A DNA stretch of 46,260 bases, from the NCBI GenBank assembly GCA_964542545.1, contig CAZIUT010000001.1, positions 1 to 46,260 of the forward strand, given 5' to 3'. The notes below the pieces were generated by a model. It was not told the origin of the DNA and did no database searches. It saw only the letters and a program-made list of their open reading frames with translations. This DNA is from an uncultured Dysgonomonadaceae bacterium. GTDB taxonomy: Bacteria > Bacteroidota > Bacteroidia > Bacteroidales > Dysgonomonadaceae. The position numbers and the translations under genes were made by a program. Shown here in pieces: positions 27,162 to 36,025 of this stretch (its first letter is position 1; every line of letters starts with the position of its first letter).

Positions 27162-28523
27162 TTGAGACCAACTAGAGAAATAGAACTAGAAACAAAAAAA
27201 ATAAGCAAGCTTGTATGGGACTATGCATTGCCAGCGATTGTTGGTACAATGGTAAACGCCACGTACAACATTGTTGACCGTGTTTTTATAGGACAAGGAG
27301 TGGGAGCACTTGCTATATCTGGCTTGGCTGTGACATTCCCGGTGATGAATCTTATCGCTGCATTAGGTATGCTTGTTGGAGCGGGAGCGTCTAGCAGAAT
27401 ATCAATTAATTTAGGAAAAAAAGATCCTGAAAGAGCTGAGAAGATACTTGGAAACTCATTCCTGTTGACGATTGTTCTCAATCTGATTTTCATTACGTTA
27501 TTGATGATTTTTCTTGAACCTATTCTTATGGCTTTTGGAGCTAGTGAGGAAACTTATCCTTATGCAAGAGACTATCTGAAAATTATATTACCAGGTAATA
27601 TATTTGTAACCATGACCTATAGCTTCAATAGTATGATGCGTGCCTCAGGTTATCCTCAAAAGGCTATGTATACAATGCTTATAGGAGCTGCACTAAATAT
27701 TATTTTAGACCCGATTTTTATTTTCGTCTTCGGTATGGGAATTGCCGGAGTAGCATGGGCTACCGTTATTTCTATGTTCATAGGAATGCTTTTTGTGATG
27801 TATCATTTTACGCGAAAGTCCACATCACTAAGACTCCGGAAAAAAAATATTCGATTTGAAAAAAGTATTCTTATTGCAATAATTTCAATTGGACTTTCAC
27901 CTTTCTTTATGCAAGTAGCAGCCTCGGGTGTTGCGGTATTAATGAACACATCGCTGAAGAGTTATGGAGGTGACTTGGCTATTGGTGCTTATGGAATACT
28001 TGTGTCATTAATTATGCTTATCACTATGTTTGTCATTGGTTTAAATCAAGGTCTACAACCTATAATAGGTTATAATTATGGTGCAGAGAAATACGATCGT
28101 GTTAAAGCTGCCTTTTATTATGGGGTTAAAATTGCAACTGTTGTAACTACAATGGGATTTGTATTTGGAGTGTTTTTTCCAAGAGTGTTTGCACGAGCAT
28201 TTACCTCGGACCTTAAATTATTAGATCTAGCAGAGAATGCTATGCGTATTAGTATTGTTGCGTTTCCGCTTGTTGGTTTTCAAATTGTAATGTCAGGCTA
28301 TTTTCAGAGTATTGGACAAGCAAAGAAATCTATTATTTTAAGTTTGAGCCGACAACTTATTTTCTTAATACCCAGCATTATTATTTTGCCTCGTTTATTT
28401 GGTCTTAATGGAGTGTGGGCAGCTACACCTGTTTCAGATTTCTTGGCTTCTTTATTAGCATTAACCTTTTTCATTCGTCAGCAAAAAGTTTTGAACCAAT
28501 TGACAAACAAACGAAGAATGTAA
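27162..28523 (+). CDS. MATE family efflux transporter
   Basis: 453 aa. LPAIVGTMVNATYNIVDRVFIGQGVG, with about 12 hydrophobic segments. The only in-frame start after the upstream stop (27150-27152) is TTG at 27162. Confidence 0.85.
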   Translation: MRPTREIELETKKISKLVWDYALPAIVGTMVNATYNIVDRVFIGQGVGALAISGLAVTFPVMNLIAALGMLVGAGASSRISINLGKKDPERAEKILGNSFLLTIVLNLIFITLLMIFLEPILMAFGASEETYPYARDYLKIILPGNIFVTMTYSFNSMMRASGYPQKAMYTMLIGAALNIILDPIFIFVFGMGIAGVAWATVISMFIGMLFVMYHFTRKSTSLRLRKKNIRFEKSILIAIISIGLSPFFMQVAASGVAVLMNTSLKSYGGDLAIGAYGILVSLIMLITMFVIGLNQGLQPIIGYNYGAEKYDRVKAAFYYGVKIATVVTTMGFVFGVFFPRVFARAFTSDLKLLDLAENAMRISIVAFPLVGFQIVMSGYFQSIGQAKKSIILSLSRQLIFLIPSIIILPRLFGLNGVWAATPVSDFLASLLALTFFIRQQKVLNQLTNKRRM

Positions 28524-28565
28524 CTTATAGTTTTAATAATAAAAAAGCATGATTATTTAATTTGT

Positions 28566-28573
28566 TAATTTTG
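28566..28573 (+). promoter_or_regulatory. Bacteroidota -7 box upstream of the gpmA pseudogene
   Basis: TAATTTTG, 65 nt upstream of the ATG at 28638. Confidence 0.35.
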
Positions 28574-28637
28574 TACGCTCAAGAAGTTGCTAAACAACAA
28601 AGTAATTATATTAGAAATAAGCTTTAATTTGACAAGT

Positions 28638-29380
28638 ATGAAAAAAATAGTATTAATTCGTCATGGACAAAGTACATGAAACAATAAAAATAAGTTTACA
28701 AAATGGACAGATGTTGACTTAACTGAATTTGGAAAACAATAAGCAGCTAAAACAGGTGAGCTATTAAAGAAAGAGGGATTTTATTTTGATAAAGCTTATA
28801 CATCATATCTGAAAAGAACCGTTAAAACATTGAACATTGTTTTAGATGAAATGGACTTAGATTGGATTCCTGTTGAAAAATCATGGAGACTCAACGAAAA
28901 GTCATACGGTATGTTGCAAGGTTTAGATAAAGCTGAAACAGCTAAGAAGTATGGTGAAGAGCAGGTGCTATTTTGGCGCAGAAGTTATGATGTGCCTCCT
29001 GCAGTATTAGATGAAAATGATGAGCATTCTCCTTTCATGGACAAGAGATACTCAAAAGTTGACAAAAAAGACTTGCCTTTAACTGAGTCATTAAAAGAAA
29101 CAGTTGAACGAATTCTTCCATATTGGAAAAGTGAAATTTTGGAAAGCTTAAAGGATAATGACGAAATCATTGTTGCTGCTCACGGAAACAGCTTGCGTGG
29201 TATTGTAATGCATTTAAAGAATATTTCAGAAGAAGATATTCTAAAATTGAATATACCAACAGGTATTCCTTATGTGTTTGAGTTTGACAAAGAGTTGAAT
29301 GTAACAAAGGATTACTTTTAGGTGATCCTGAGGAAATTAAAAAGCTAATGGATGTAGTTGCTAATCAAGCAAAGAAATAA
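28638..29380 (+). pseudogene. gpmA: Decayed 2,3-bisphosphoglycerate-dependent phosphoglycerate mutase
   Basis: The ATG at 28638 opens MKKIVLIRHGQST. TGA at 28677-28679 sits exactly where the conserved Trp of RHGESxWN belongs. In-frame TAA at 28740-28742. A T4 run at about 29316-29319, where T5 is needed, shifts the frame; the corrected frame reads [23 protein letters not shown] to the stop at 29378-29380. The conserved NERHYG is NEKSYG and FTGW is FTKW. The track ORF 28830-29321 is only the central fragment. Confidence 0.85.
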
Positions 29381-29405
29381 TCATTGGTAGATACATTATT
29401 AAAGC

Positions 29406-29431
29406 AAACATATAAAGTTTTTATATGTTTT
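29406..29431 (+). terminator. Perfect 11-bp AT-rich hairpin plus T after the gpmA remnant
   Basis: aaacatataaa (29406-29416) pairs with tttatatgttt (29420-29430), with a 3-nt loop. Confidence 0.5.
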
Positions 29432-29491
29432 ATGTAATCTTGAAAAGAGTTTCAGGTCTCTTGTCTTTATTCAGATAGAAAGATAAAATAG

Positions 29492-29526
29492 AAAAAAAGG
29501 GAGCTAATTGTATTTCACTCCCCTTT
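29492..29526 (-). terminator. Intrinsic terminator downstream of trxA
   Basis: gggag (29499-29503) pairs with ctccc (29518-29522), with flanking A/T extension. The minus-strand RNA ends in U7 (A run 29492-29498). Confidence 0.6.
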
Positions 29527-29568
29527 ATTACTACTTACTAATAAACTAATTGAATTAGATTAATTCAT

Positions 29569-29883
29569 TTATACGTGCTTTTCTAGTTTTTCAACAAACA
29601 CTTTCTTAGATCCTGCACCTACAATTTTATCTACAATTTCACCGTTTTTGATAAAGATTGTGGTAGGAATGTTTCTTATACCATACTTTGATGTAGCCTC
29701 GTCGTTGTTGTCTACATCAACTTTTCCAACAACTGCCTTTTCGCTATATTCTTTAGCTAATTCATCGATAATTGGGCCTACCATTTTGCAAGGTCCACAC
29801 CATTCTGCCCAAAAGTCTATAACTACAAGTTTGTCTGTTTTTAGAACATCTTCTAATGTTGCATCTGTTATTTCAAGAGCCAT
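29569..29883 (-). CDS. trxA: Thioredoxin
   Basis: 104 aa. FWAEWCGPCK active site. Confidence 0.95.
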   Translation of the reverse strand: MALEITDATLEDVLKTDKLVVIDFWAEWCGPCKMVGPIIDELAKEYSEKAVVGKVDVDNNDEATSKYGIRNIPTTIFIKNGEIVDKIVGAGSKKVFVEKLEKHV

Positions 29884-29927
29884 AATTGTACTGTTTAAAT
29901 TGGTTTTATAAAATATTTATTTTTGAA

Positions 29928-32900
29928 TTAATTCACTTTAAATTTGATTGCTTCATTACCTTTTAAGTAATTCACTAGCTTGCTAGTTACAGCAATTTTG
30001 GAGTTTCGTGCGAAGAGCTCGAGGTTTAAATGTGGCTCAGCTCCGTGAACGTGGAAATATAACAATGTATTACCTGAATTGTTTTTTAGCAATGCTGATA
30101 AATCTTGAACTGACTCTGTGGTTATTTCTGTTAGCGGCATTTGTATTGTTAATTTCTCCAATAGACTATCCTTTACATCAGTAAGTAGCTGTATACTGTT
30201 TATTTTAAATTCAAATTGAGATTGGTCGTATCTTCTAGTTTGAACTCTTCCTTTAATGAAGAGTGATAGCCCTGGGCGCGCAAACTTACCATAGTTGATG
30301 CTGTCATCTCCAAATAGAGCAATTTCGAAGCTACCGCTATAATCTTCTATTTTAAATATAGTGAAGGGCGATCCACGTCTTGTTTGACCCTCTCTGGTAG
30401 AAGAAACCATTCCTCCAAATGTTACTTCTCTACCGTTCATCTTGTCTAAATCGGCTAAGTCAGAAGTGGAAGTATTACATACATATTTCAAAATTAACTC
30501 ATAGTCATCTAGTGGATGAGCTGAGAGGTAAATCCCTATTAAATCGCGCTCCTTGTTTAGTTTTTCTAAATCTGTCCAAGGTGTAGCAGTAGGAATTTGA
30601 GGTGTCTCTATTTGCATTGAGAAGTCATCGCCAAACAATGAATTCATTGTTGTGTTTTGGTCTTCTTGAAACTTGCTTCCGTATCGAATGAGTGTATCAA
30701 TAAAAGTTTCGTCTTTATCATTAGTTGCAAAAAATTGTTCTCTAGTAATATCCGACAGTGAGTCAAATGCACCTGCAAGTGCCAATGATTCGAGGGTTTT
30801 TTTGTTACATGCAGAAACTGGTACACGCTCAACAAAGTTAAAAACATCTGCGAAGTGCCCGTTCTTTTCACGTTCTTCAATTATAACTTTTACAGCACTA
30901 TTACTTACACCTTTTATGGCAGCTAGTCCAAAACGCAAGTCTTTTTCTTTATTTACGGAGAACTTAAAAAACGACTCGTTCACATCAGGGCTTAATACAT
31001 TCATCCCCATAGAACGACACTCGTCCATAAACTTGGTTATTTCTGTAATATTGTTCAGGTTGTTTGATAAAACAGCAGCCATATATTCCGATGGAAAGTT
31101 CGCTTTAAGCCAAGCTGTCTGATAAGCAATCCATGAGTAGCAAGTAGCATGAGATTTGTTAAAGGCATATGAAGCAAATTTCTCCCAATCTGACCATATT
31201 TTAAGCAACACCTTTCCTTCATGACCATTTTTCCGACCACCTTCAAGAAACTTTTCCTTAAGTGTATTCATTTGGTCGATCATCTTTTTACCCATTGCTT
31301 TGCGCAACTCATCCGATTGACCTCGTGTGAAATCTGCAAGCAATCTCGACAGAAGCATGACCTGTTCTTGATAAACTGTAATACCATATGTCTCATCAAG
31401 GTACTCCTTCATTATTGGAAGGTCGTAGGATATTTCTTCGCGTCCATGCTTTCTGGCCACAAATGAAGGTATGTAATCCATGGGGCCTGGTCGGTAGAGA
31501 GCGTTCATTGCAATTAAGTCTTCAAACTTTGTTGGTTTTAGCTCCTTTAGGTATTTCTGCATACCAGCTGACTCAAATTGAAACGTTCCGCTAGTTTTTC
31601 CTTGACTATAGAGTTCGTAAGTTTTTGCATCTTCTAGGTCTATCTTGTTGATGTCAATTCTATCTCCCGTAGTGTGTTCAATATTTTCAATAGCAGACTT
31701 GATGATGGACAATGTCTTAAGTCCTAAGAAGTCCATCTTTATTAGACCTGTTTCCTCAATAACCGAACCGTCATACTGGGTTACTAATAGCTTTTCTTTG
31801 GTTGTTTTATCGTTTGCTGTGCTCATAGGCACAATATCCGAAATATCTGTTTGAGATATAATTACACCGCATGCGTGAACTCCAGTACTGCGCACATTTC
31901 CTTCAAGCATCTGTGCATATTTCAATGTGTCGCGAACTATAGGGTTGTCACTTCTTGTAGCAGCTTTTAGTTCTGGAACATACTCAATCGATGTTTTTAA
32001 GTTTACTTTTTTTCCAGGAATTCTCTCGGGTATAAGTTTTGTAAGCCTATCGGCTTCGGCTAATGGTAACTTCTGAACCCTAGCAACATCTTTTATGGCC
32101 GACTTTGTGGCCATAGTTCCGTAGGTGATAATACGTGCTACATTTTCCTTTCCATATTTATTAGTTACCCAATGCAATACGGTGTCTCTGCCCTCGTCGT
32201 CAAAGTCCACATCGATATCAGGCATCGATACTCGGTCGGGGTTTAAGAAACGTTCGAACAGCAGGTTGTACTTTATAGGGTCTATATCAGTTATGCCTAA
32301 ACAGTAGGCTACTGCAGATCCTGCTGCAGAACCTCTACCAGGTCCTACGGCAACATCCATTTTGCGAGCAGCATTTATAAAATCTTGAACAATTAAGAAG
32401 TATCCAGGGTATCCCATTGTCTTCATTGTTTCAAGTTCAAAGTCAAGTCGCTCTTTTATATCATTTGAGAAGTTTTCGCCATATCGTTTTTTTGCACCTA
32501 TGTAAGTTAGGTGAGCAAGGTAATCAGATTCTAGTTTAATTCTGATAACTTTATCGTATCCTCCAAGTCTTTTAAATACTTTCTTGCCAAACTCTTCTAT
32601 TAAGCTTTCTTCGCAGTATCTTGTTTTATACTCTTCTTCAGTACCAAATGAATCTTCAATAGGGAAAAAAGGCATTAAAGCATCGTGGTCAATAGAGTAA
32701 TGCTCAATTTTTTCTGCTATTTCTAGTGTGTTCGACAATACTTCAGGCATATCAGAAAACACTTGATTCATTTCAGCGGTTGTTTTCAACCACTCTTGTT
32801 TGGTATAGCGCATGCGATTAGGATCATCGAAGTCTTTACCAGTACTCAAACAAATGAGTCGGTCGTGTGCGTCGGCGTCTTCTTCATTTACAAAGTGAAC

Positions 32901-33668
32901 ATCATTGGTGGCAATAATCTTTACATCTAGCTTTTTAGCTATTCTTATGAGCTCTTTGTTTACACGCTCTTGTTTTATATATGTTGTGGCATCTGCATCG
33001 GGTCTGTTTGTCTTGTGACGTTGTAATTCAAGATAGTAGTCGTCTCCAAAGACAGATTTGTACCATTTCACTGCTTCCTCAGCCTCCTCTATTTCGCCGT
33101 TGTCAACTTTCCTTGAAATCTCTCCACCCAAACAGGCTGAGCTAATAATTAACCCCTCGCTGTGCTTTTCCAACAGTTCTTTATCAATACGTGGACGATA
33201 ATAGAAGCCCTCTGTCCAACTTTTAGATACTATCTTGATAAGATTTTGATAACCTTTAAAGTTTTTTGCCAAAACAACCAAGTGCCATCCACTACTGTCA
33301 ACTCTGTCTTTTTGTTGAAATCTATCTCTGCGTGCAAGATAGCATTCACAGCCAATAATTGGTTTGAAAAGACTCTTCTGTTCAAGTGCAAGTTTATCTG
33401 TTAGTAGTTGTTGTTTTGTTTTATCTGTGTTGTCTTGTTGAATCTTTTTCAGTTCGTTTTTTATTTTTTTTATTTTAGATTTAACAGGACCGTTTTTCTT
33501 GTTTACATAGTTCACAAAATCCTTCACACCGTACATAACTCCATGGTCTGTAAGAGCCAAGGCAGTCATACCATCATCTATGGCTTTGTCTACCAAGCGT
33601 TTTATGCTTGCTTGACCATCGAGTAGAGAGTATTGAGAGTGAACGTGAAGGTGTACAAATGGCTGCAT
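29928..33668 (-). CDS. dnaE: DNA polymerase III subunit alpha
   Basis: 1246 aa. PHP domain FVHLHVHSQYSLLDG. Polymerase core PDIDVDF, GLIKMDFLGLKTL and RPGPM motifs. Confidence 0.97.
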   Translation of the reverse strand: MQPFVHLHVHSQYSLLDGQASIKRLVDKAIDDGMTALALTDHGVMYGVKDFVNYVNKKNGPVKSKIKKIKNELKKIQQDNTDKTKQQLLTDKLALEQKSLFKPIIGCECYLARRDRFQQKDRVDSSGWHLVVLAKNFKGYQNLIKIVSKSWTEGFYYRPRIDKELLEKHSEGLIISSACLGGEISRKVDNGEIEEAEEAVKWYKSVFGDDYYLELQRHKTNRPDADATTYIKQERVNKELIRIAKKLDVKIIATNDVHFVNEEDADAHDRLICLSTGKDFDDPNRMRYTKQEWLKTTAEMNQVFSDMPEVLSNTLEIAEKIEHYSIDHDALMPFFPIEDSFGTEEEYKTRYCEESLIEEFGKKVFKRLGGYDKVIRIKLESDYLAHLTYIGAKKRYGENFSNDIKERLDFELETMKTMGYPGYFLIVQDFINAARKMDVAVGPGRGSAAGSAVAYCLGITDIDPIKYNLLFERFLNPDRVSMPDIDVDFDDEGRDTVLHWVTNKYGKENVARIITYGTMATKSAIKDVARVQKLPLAEADRLTKLIPERIPGKKVNLKTSIEYVPELKAATRSDNPIVRDTLKYAQMLEGNVRSTGVHACGVIISQTDISDIVPMSTANDKTTKEKLLVTQYDGSVIEETGLIKMDFLGLKTLSIIKSAIENIEHTTGDRIDINKIDLEDAKTYELYSQGKTSGTFQFESAGMQKYLKELKPTKFEDLIAMNALYRPGPMDYIPSFVARKHGREEISYDLPIMKEYLDETYGITVYQEQVMLLSRLLADFTRGQSDELRKAMGKKMIDQMNTLKEKFLEGGRKNGHEGKVLLKIWSDWEKFASYAFNKSHATCYSWIAYQTAWLKANFPSEYMAAVLSNNLNNITEITKFMDECRSMGMNVLSPDVNESFFKFSVNKEKDLRFGLAAIKGVSNSAVKVIIEEREKNGHFADVFNFVERVPVSACNKKTLESLALAGAFDSLSDITREQFFATNDKDETFIDTLIRYGSKFQEDQNTTMNSLFGDDFSMQIETPQIPTATPWTDLEKLNKERDLIGIYLSAHPLDDYELILKYVCNTSTSDLADLDKMNGREVTFGGMVSSTREGQTRRGSPFTIFKIEDYSGSFEIALFGDDSINYGKFARPGLSLFIKGRVQTRRYDQSQFEFKINSIQLLTDVKDSLLEKLTIQMPLTEITTESVQDLSALLKNNSGNTLLYFHVHGAEPHLNLELFARNSKIAVTSKLVNYLKGNEAIKFKVN

Positions 33669-33708
33669 GTCAGTATTTTATATAAGTAGTTGTTGTTTTT
33701 AATTCATA

Positions 33709-33716
33709 CAAATATA
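33709..33716 (-). promoter_or_regulatory. Bacteroidota -7 box for dnaE
   Basis: The plus strand reads caaatata, which is TATATTTG on the minus strand, 41 nt upstream of the dnaE start. Confidence 0.45.
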
Positions 33717-33908
33717 AGTTTTTTATTGCTACTTTCAGACTAGATTTTCAAATTACTTGTTAACATGCTACTATCAGTTATGGACTCTCTTAGTTGTGAG
33801 AGTTTTAGGTAGGGACTGTTTTTTTAGGGCTGTTTAAACAATAAAAAGGGCTGACTCTTTCAAGCCAACCCTTTTCTTGTAACGAAATAGTGTCTACATT
33901 TAAAATAG

Positions 33909-35450
33909 TTATGCAGAAACTCTCTCAAGCCATTTCAACATAAATAACATTGTAAACATTGATATGAGACATGCTGCAACAAATACCATCCATGTAGCCC
34001 AGATTGGGATGCTTTCATAAAATATTGTTCCAAATATTAATAATTGGTTGCCTAGTGCTGTAGCACCAAGCCATGCACCTTGCATAATACCTTGATATTG
34101 TGGGGGAGCAACTTTTGAAACAAATGAAAGGCCTAGCGGACTAATAAATAGCTCAGCTACTGTGAGTATAAAATAAGTTCCAATTAGTAATAAAGGAGTA
34201 ACCCTTTGAGCAGTGTCTAGTCCTCCCATTGCAGTAACTTCTGATGCACTTGGCAAGCCTAAAGAACCTAATGCCATAACCGCAAATGCACTTGCGGCAA
34301 TGCCCATTCCTATAGCAATTTTCTTAGGTGTGGAGGGCTCCATGCCTTTAGCTTTTAGCCAACCAAATAAACCAATAATAATAGGTGTTAAGAAAACAAC
34401 AAAGAAAGGATTGAAGAACTGAAATATCTCAGCACCTTGAATAGAAGTAAAGCCTAGATCGATATTGATCATGCTTAGGTTGGTATAGTCATTCGCGAAA
34501 AATGTGAGTGTAACTCCATTTTGATGAAACGAGAACCAGAAGAAAATAACCACTGCAAAAACTGCAAATAGAGCATATAGTCTTTGACGAACTTCGTCAG
34601 TGCTCATTTCTACAATTACAGGTTCATCTTTTGTTCTTGCTTCTTTAATAACTTTTTGTGCTGGATCGGGTAAGTCTTTTTTATTTTTAAGCCACACTAC
34701 AATCGAAATCAACATGGCGAAAATAGCTATGCCAAACGCATAGTGGAATCCTTTGTTAAAGACGTCAAGGTATTGGTTAGCAAAAGACATTAGGTCATTT
34801 TGGACAGTGGTGCTAACAGTCGTAGAGAGTTCTGCAAAACGAGCTCCTGCTTCAGGAGAAAGAGTCCCTTTGATGTATCCGTGGCATAAGGCAGGCAGAT
34901 CTGGGTTGTATGCAAAGCCATTGCGTTGCACCCACCAGTTACGAATTCCAACTGCCAATAGAGGAGCAAAAAGAGCCCCTACATTAATAAACATATAGAA
35001 GATTTGAAAACCTGTATCTCGTTTGTCTGCATATTTTGGATTGTCGTACATTTGACCAACAACAGCTTGCAAGTTCCCTTTAAACAGACCATTACCAAAC
35101 GCAATAACAAAAAGTCCAAAACAGGTCATTGCTAAGTAAACAGCAAAGTGGGGCACAGGCGTTGGTGAGGGGATAGCAATTAAGGCGTATCCAACGGTCA
35201 TCATAATAAGACCTGCCAGAATAGTTCCTTTATACTTCTTAGTTTTGTCGGCAATAAGTCCGCCAACAAGTGCTAAGAGATAAATTAAGGCATAAAAAAC
35301 TGAATAGATAATGGTTGCAGGAGTTTTTTCCAAACCAAACTTTGACATAAGGAATAGCGAAAGAATCGCCATCATTATGTAAAATCCGAAGCGTTCGCCC
35401 ATGTTTGAAAGGGCAGCTCCAACTAATCCTTTAGGATGATTTTTAAACAT
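33909..35450 (-). CDS. Proton-dependent oligopeptide transporter (POT/PTR2 family, MFS)
   Basis: 513 aa. GERFGFYIMMAILSLFL and GGLIADK POT signatures, with about 14 hydrophobic segments. Confidence 0.88.
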   Translation of the reverse strand: MFKNHPKGLVGAALSNMGERFGFYIMMAILSLFLMSKFGLEKTPATIIYSVFYALIYLLALVGGLIADKTKKYKGTILAGLIMMTVGYALIAIPSPTPVPHFAVYLAMTCFGLFVIAFGNGLFKGNLQAVVGQMYDNPKYADKRDTGFQIFYMFINVGALFAPLLAVGIRNWWVQRNGFAYNPDLPALCHGYIKGTLSPEAGARFAELSTTVSTTVQNDLMSFANQYLDVFNKGFHYAFGIAIFAMLISIVVWLKNKKDLPDPAQKVIKEARTKDEPVIVEMSTDEVRQRLYALFAVFAVVIFFWFSFHQNGVTLTFFANDYTNLSMINIDLGFTSIQGAEIFQFFNPFFVVFLTPIIIGLFGWLKAKGMEPSTPKKIAIGMGIAASAFAVMALGSLGLPSASEVTAMGGLDTAQRVTPLLLIGTYFILTVAELFISPLGLSFVSKVAPPQYQGIMQGAWLGATALGNQLLIFGTIFYESIPIWATWMVFVAACLISMFTMLFMLKWLERVSA

Positions 35451-35806
35451 AGATTGTGACTTAATTGGTTATTAATTCTGTTAATCTCTACTGTTATTGT
35501 CTTTGTTTCTGTACAAGCCTATTGATTTATTGAGTGTTTAAAACAATATTCAGGTATGTATACTCAAAGATTGAAAAGCTGTAGCTCTCTTTTCTTTTTT
35601 AATTAGTTGCAAATATAAAAATAATTTAATGATTTTCACTGAGTTTTCATCTTTTCTGTTCTTTACACAGTATCAAACTGGGTGTATAAAAGAACTGTCA
35701 ATTTATTTTGAACCAAGTTGGTTAAAGGGTTATGCAGAATAATACTAAAAAATGGCTTTTTGAGAGCTTTTTATTACATTTTGTTGTTGTAAATCAAAAA
35801 AAAGAC

Positions 35807-35814
35807 TACATTTG
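35807..35814 (+). promoter_or_regulatory. Bacteroidota -7 box for the aromatic amino-acid operon leader
   Basis: TACATTTG matches TAnnTTTG. A possible -33 TTTG is at 35780-35783. The predicted transcription start is about 25 nt before the leader ORF. Confidence 0.5.
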
Positions 35815-35843
35815 CAGAGATTATTCACAAAAAAACAGCTGAA

Positions 35844-35909
35844 TTGAAACATTTATTTTCTGCATATAATATCTATTTTTATTTTTACTTTTATTTTTTT
35901 ATAAAGTAA
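35844..35909 (+). CDS. Candidate leader peptide (21 aa) rich in Phe and Tyr codons
   Basis: TTG AAA CAT TTA TTT TCT GCA TAT AAT ATC TAT TTT TAT TTT TAC TTT TAT TTT TTT ATA AAG TAA encodes (M)KHLFSAYNIYFYFYFYFFIK. 11 of the 20 residues after the start are F or Y, including nine consecutive F/Y codons (35874-35900). There is no in-frame ATG, so the TTG start is assumed. Confidence 0.5.
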   Translation: MKHLFSAYNIYFYFYFYFFIK

Positions 35910-35970
35910 GACAGGATTAGATATGCGAAAGTGAAAATATAAACATACATCATACTATTTAAATCCTGTC
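35910..35970 (+). promoter_or_regulatory. Candidate antiterminator pairing of the attenuator
   Basis: gacaggatt (35910-35918, starting directly after the leader stop codon) is the exact reverse complement of aatcctgtc (35962-35970), which is part of the left arm of the terminator. Confidence 0.5.
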
Positions 35971-35993
35971 GAGTATCTCGGCAGGATTTTTTT
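35961..35993 (+). terminator. Attenuator terminator 32 nt upstream of pheA
   Basis: aaatcctgtcgag (35961-35973) pairs with ctcggcaggattt (35977-35989): 13 bp including one G-U, loop tat. It runs into a T7 tract (35987-35993). The pheA ATG is at 36026. Confidence 0.7.
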
Positions 35994-36025
35994 ATATGAC
36001 TCATACAATATAAAGAACAAACAAA

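Noticed and set aside
28677-28679. TGA at the conserved Trp position of gpmA as evidence for TGA=Trp recoding (genetic code 4/25)
   Set aside because: The same gene also has an in-frame TAA, a frameshift and substituted active-site residues. Other genes in the window (e.g. the kdgK-remnant C-terminal segment and the ZnuA-like gene) appear to terminate at TGA at sensible lengths. Ordinary decay explains it.
30673-31122. 149-aa plus-strand ORF, and several other 60-80-aa ORFs, inside dnaE
   Set aside because: All are antisense or out of frame within the 1246-aa dnaE gene, which is continuous and motif-rich.
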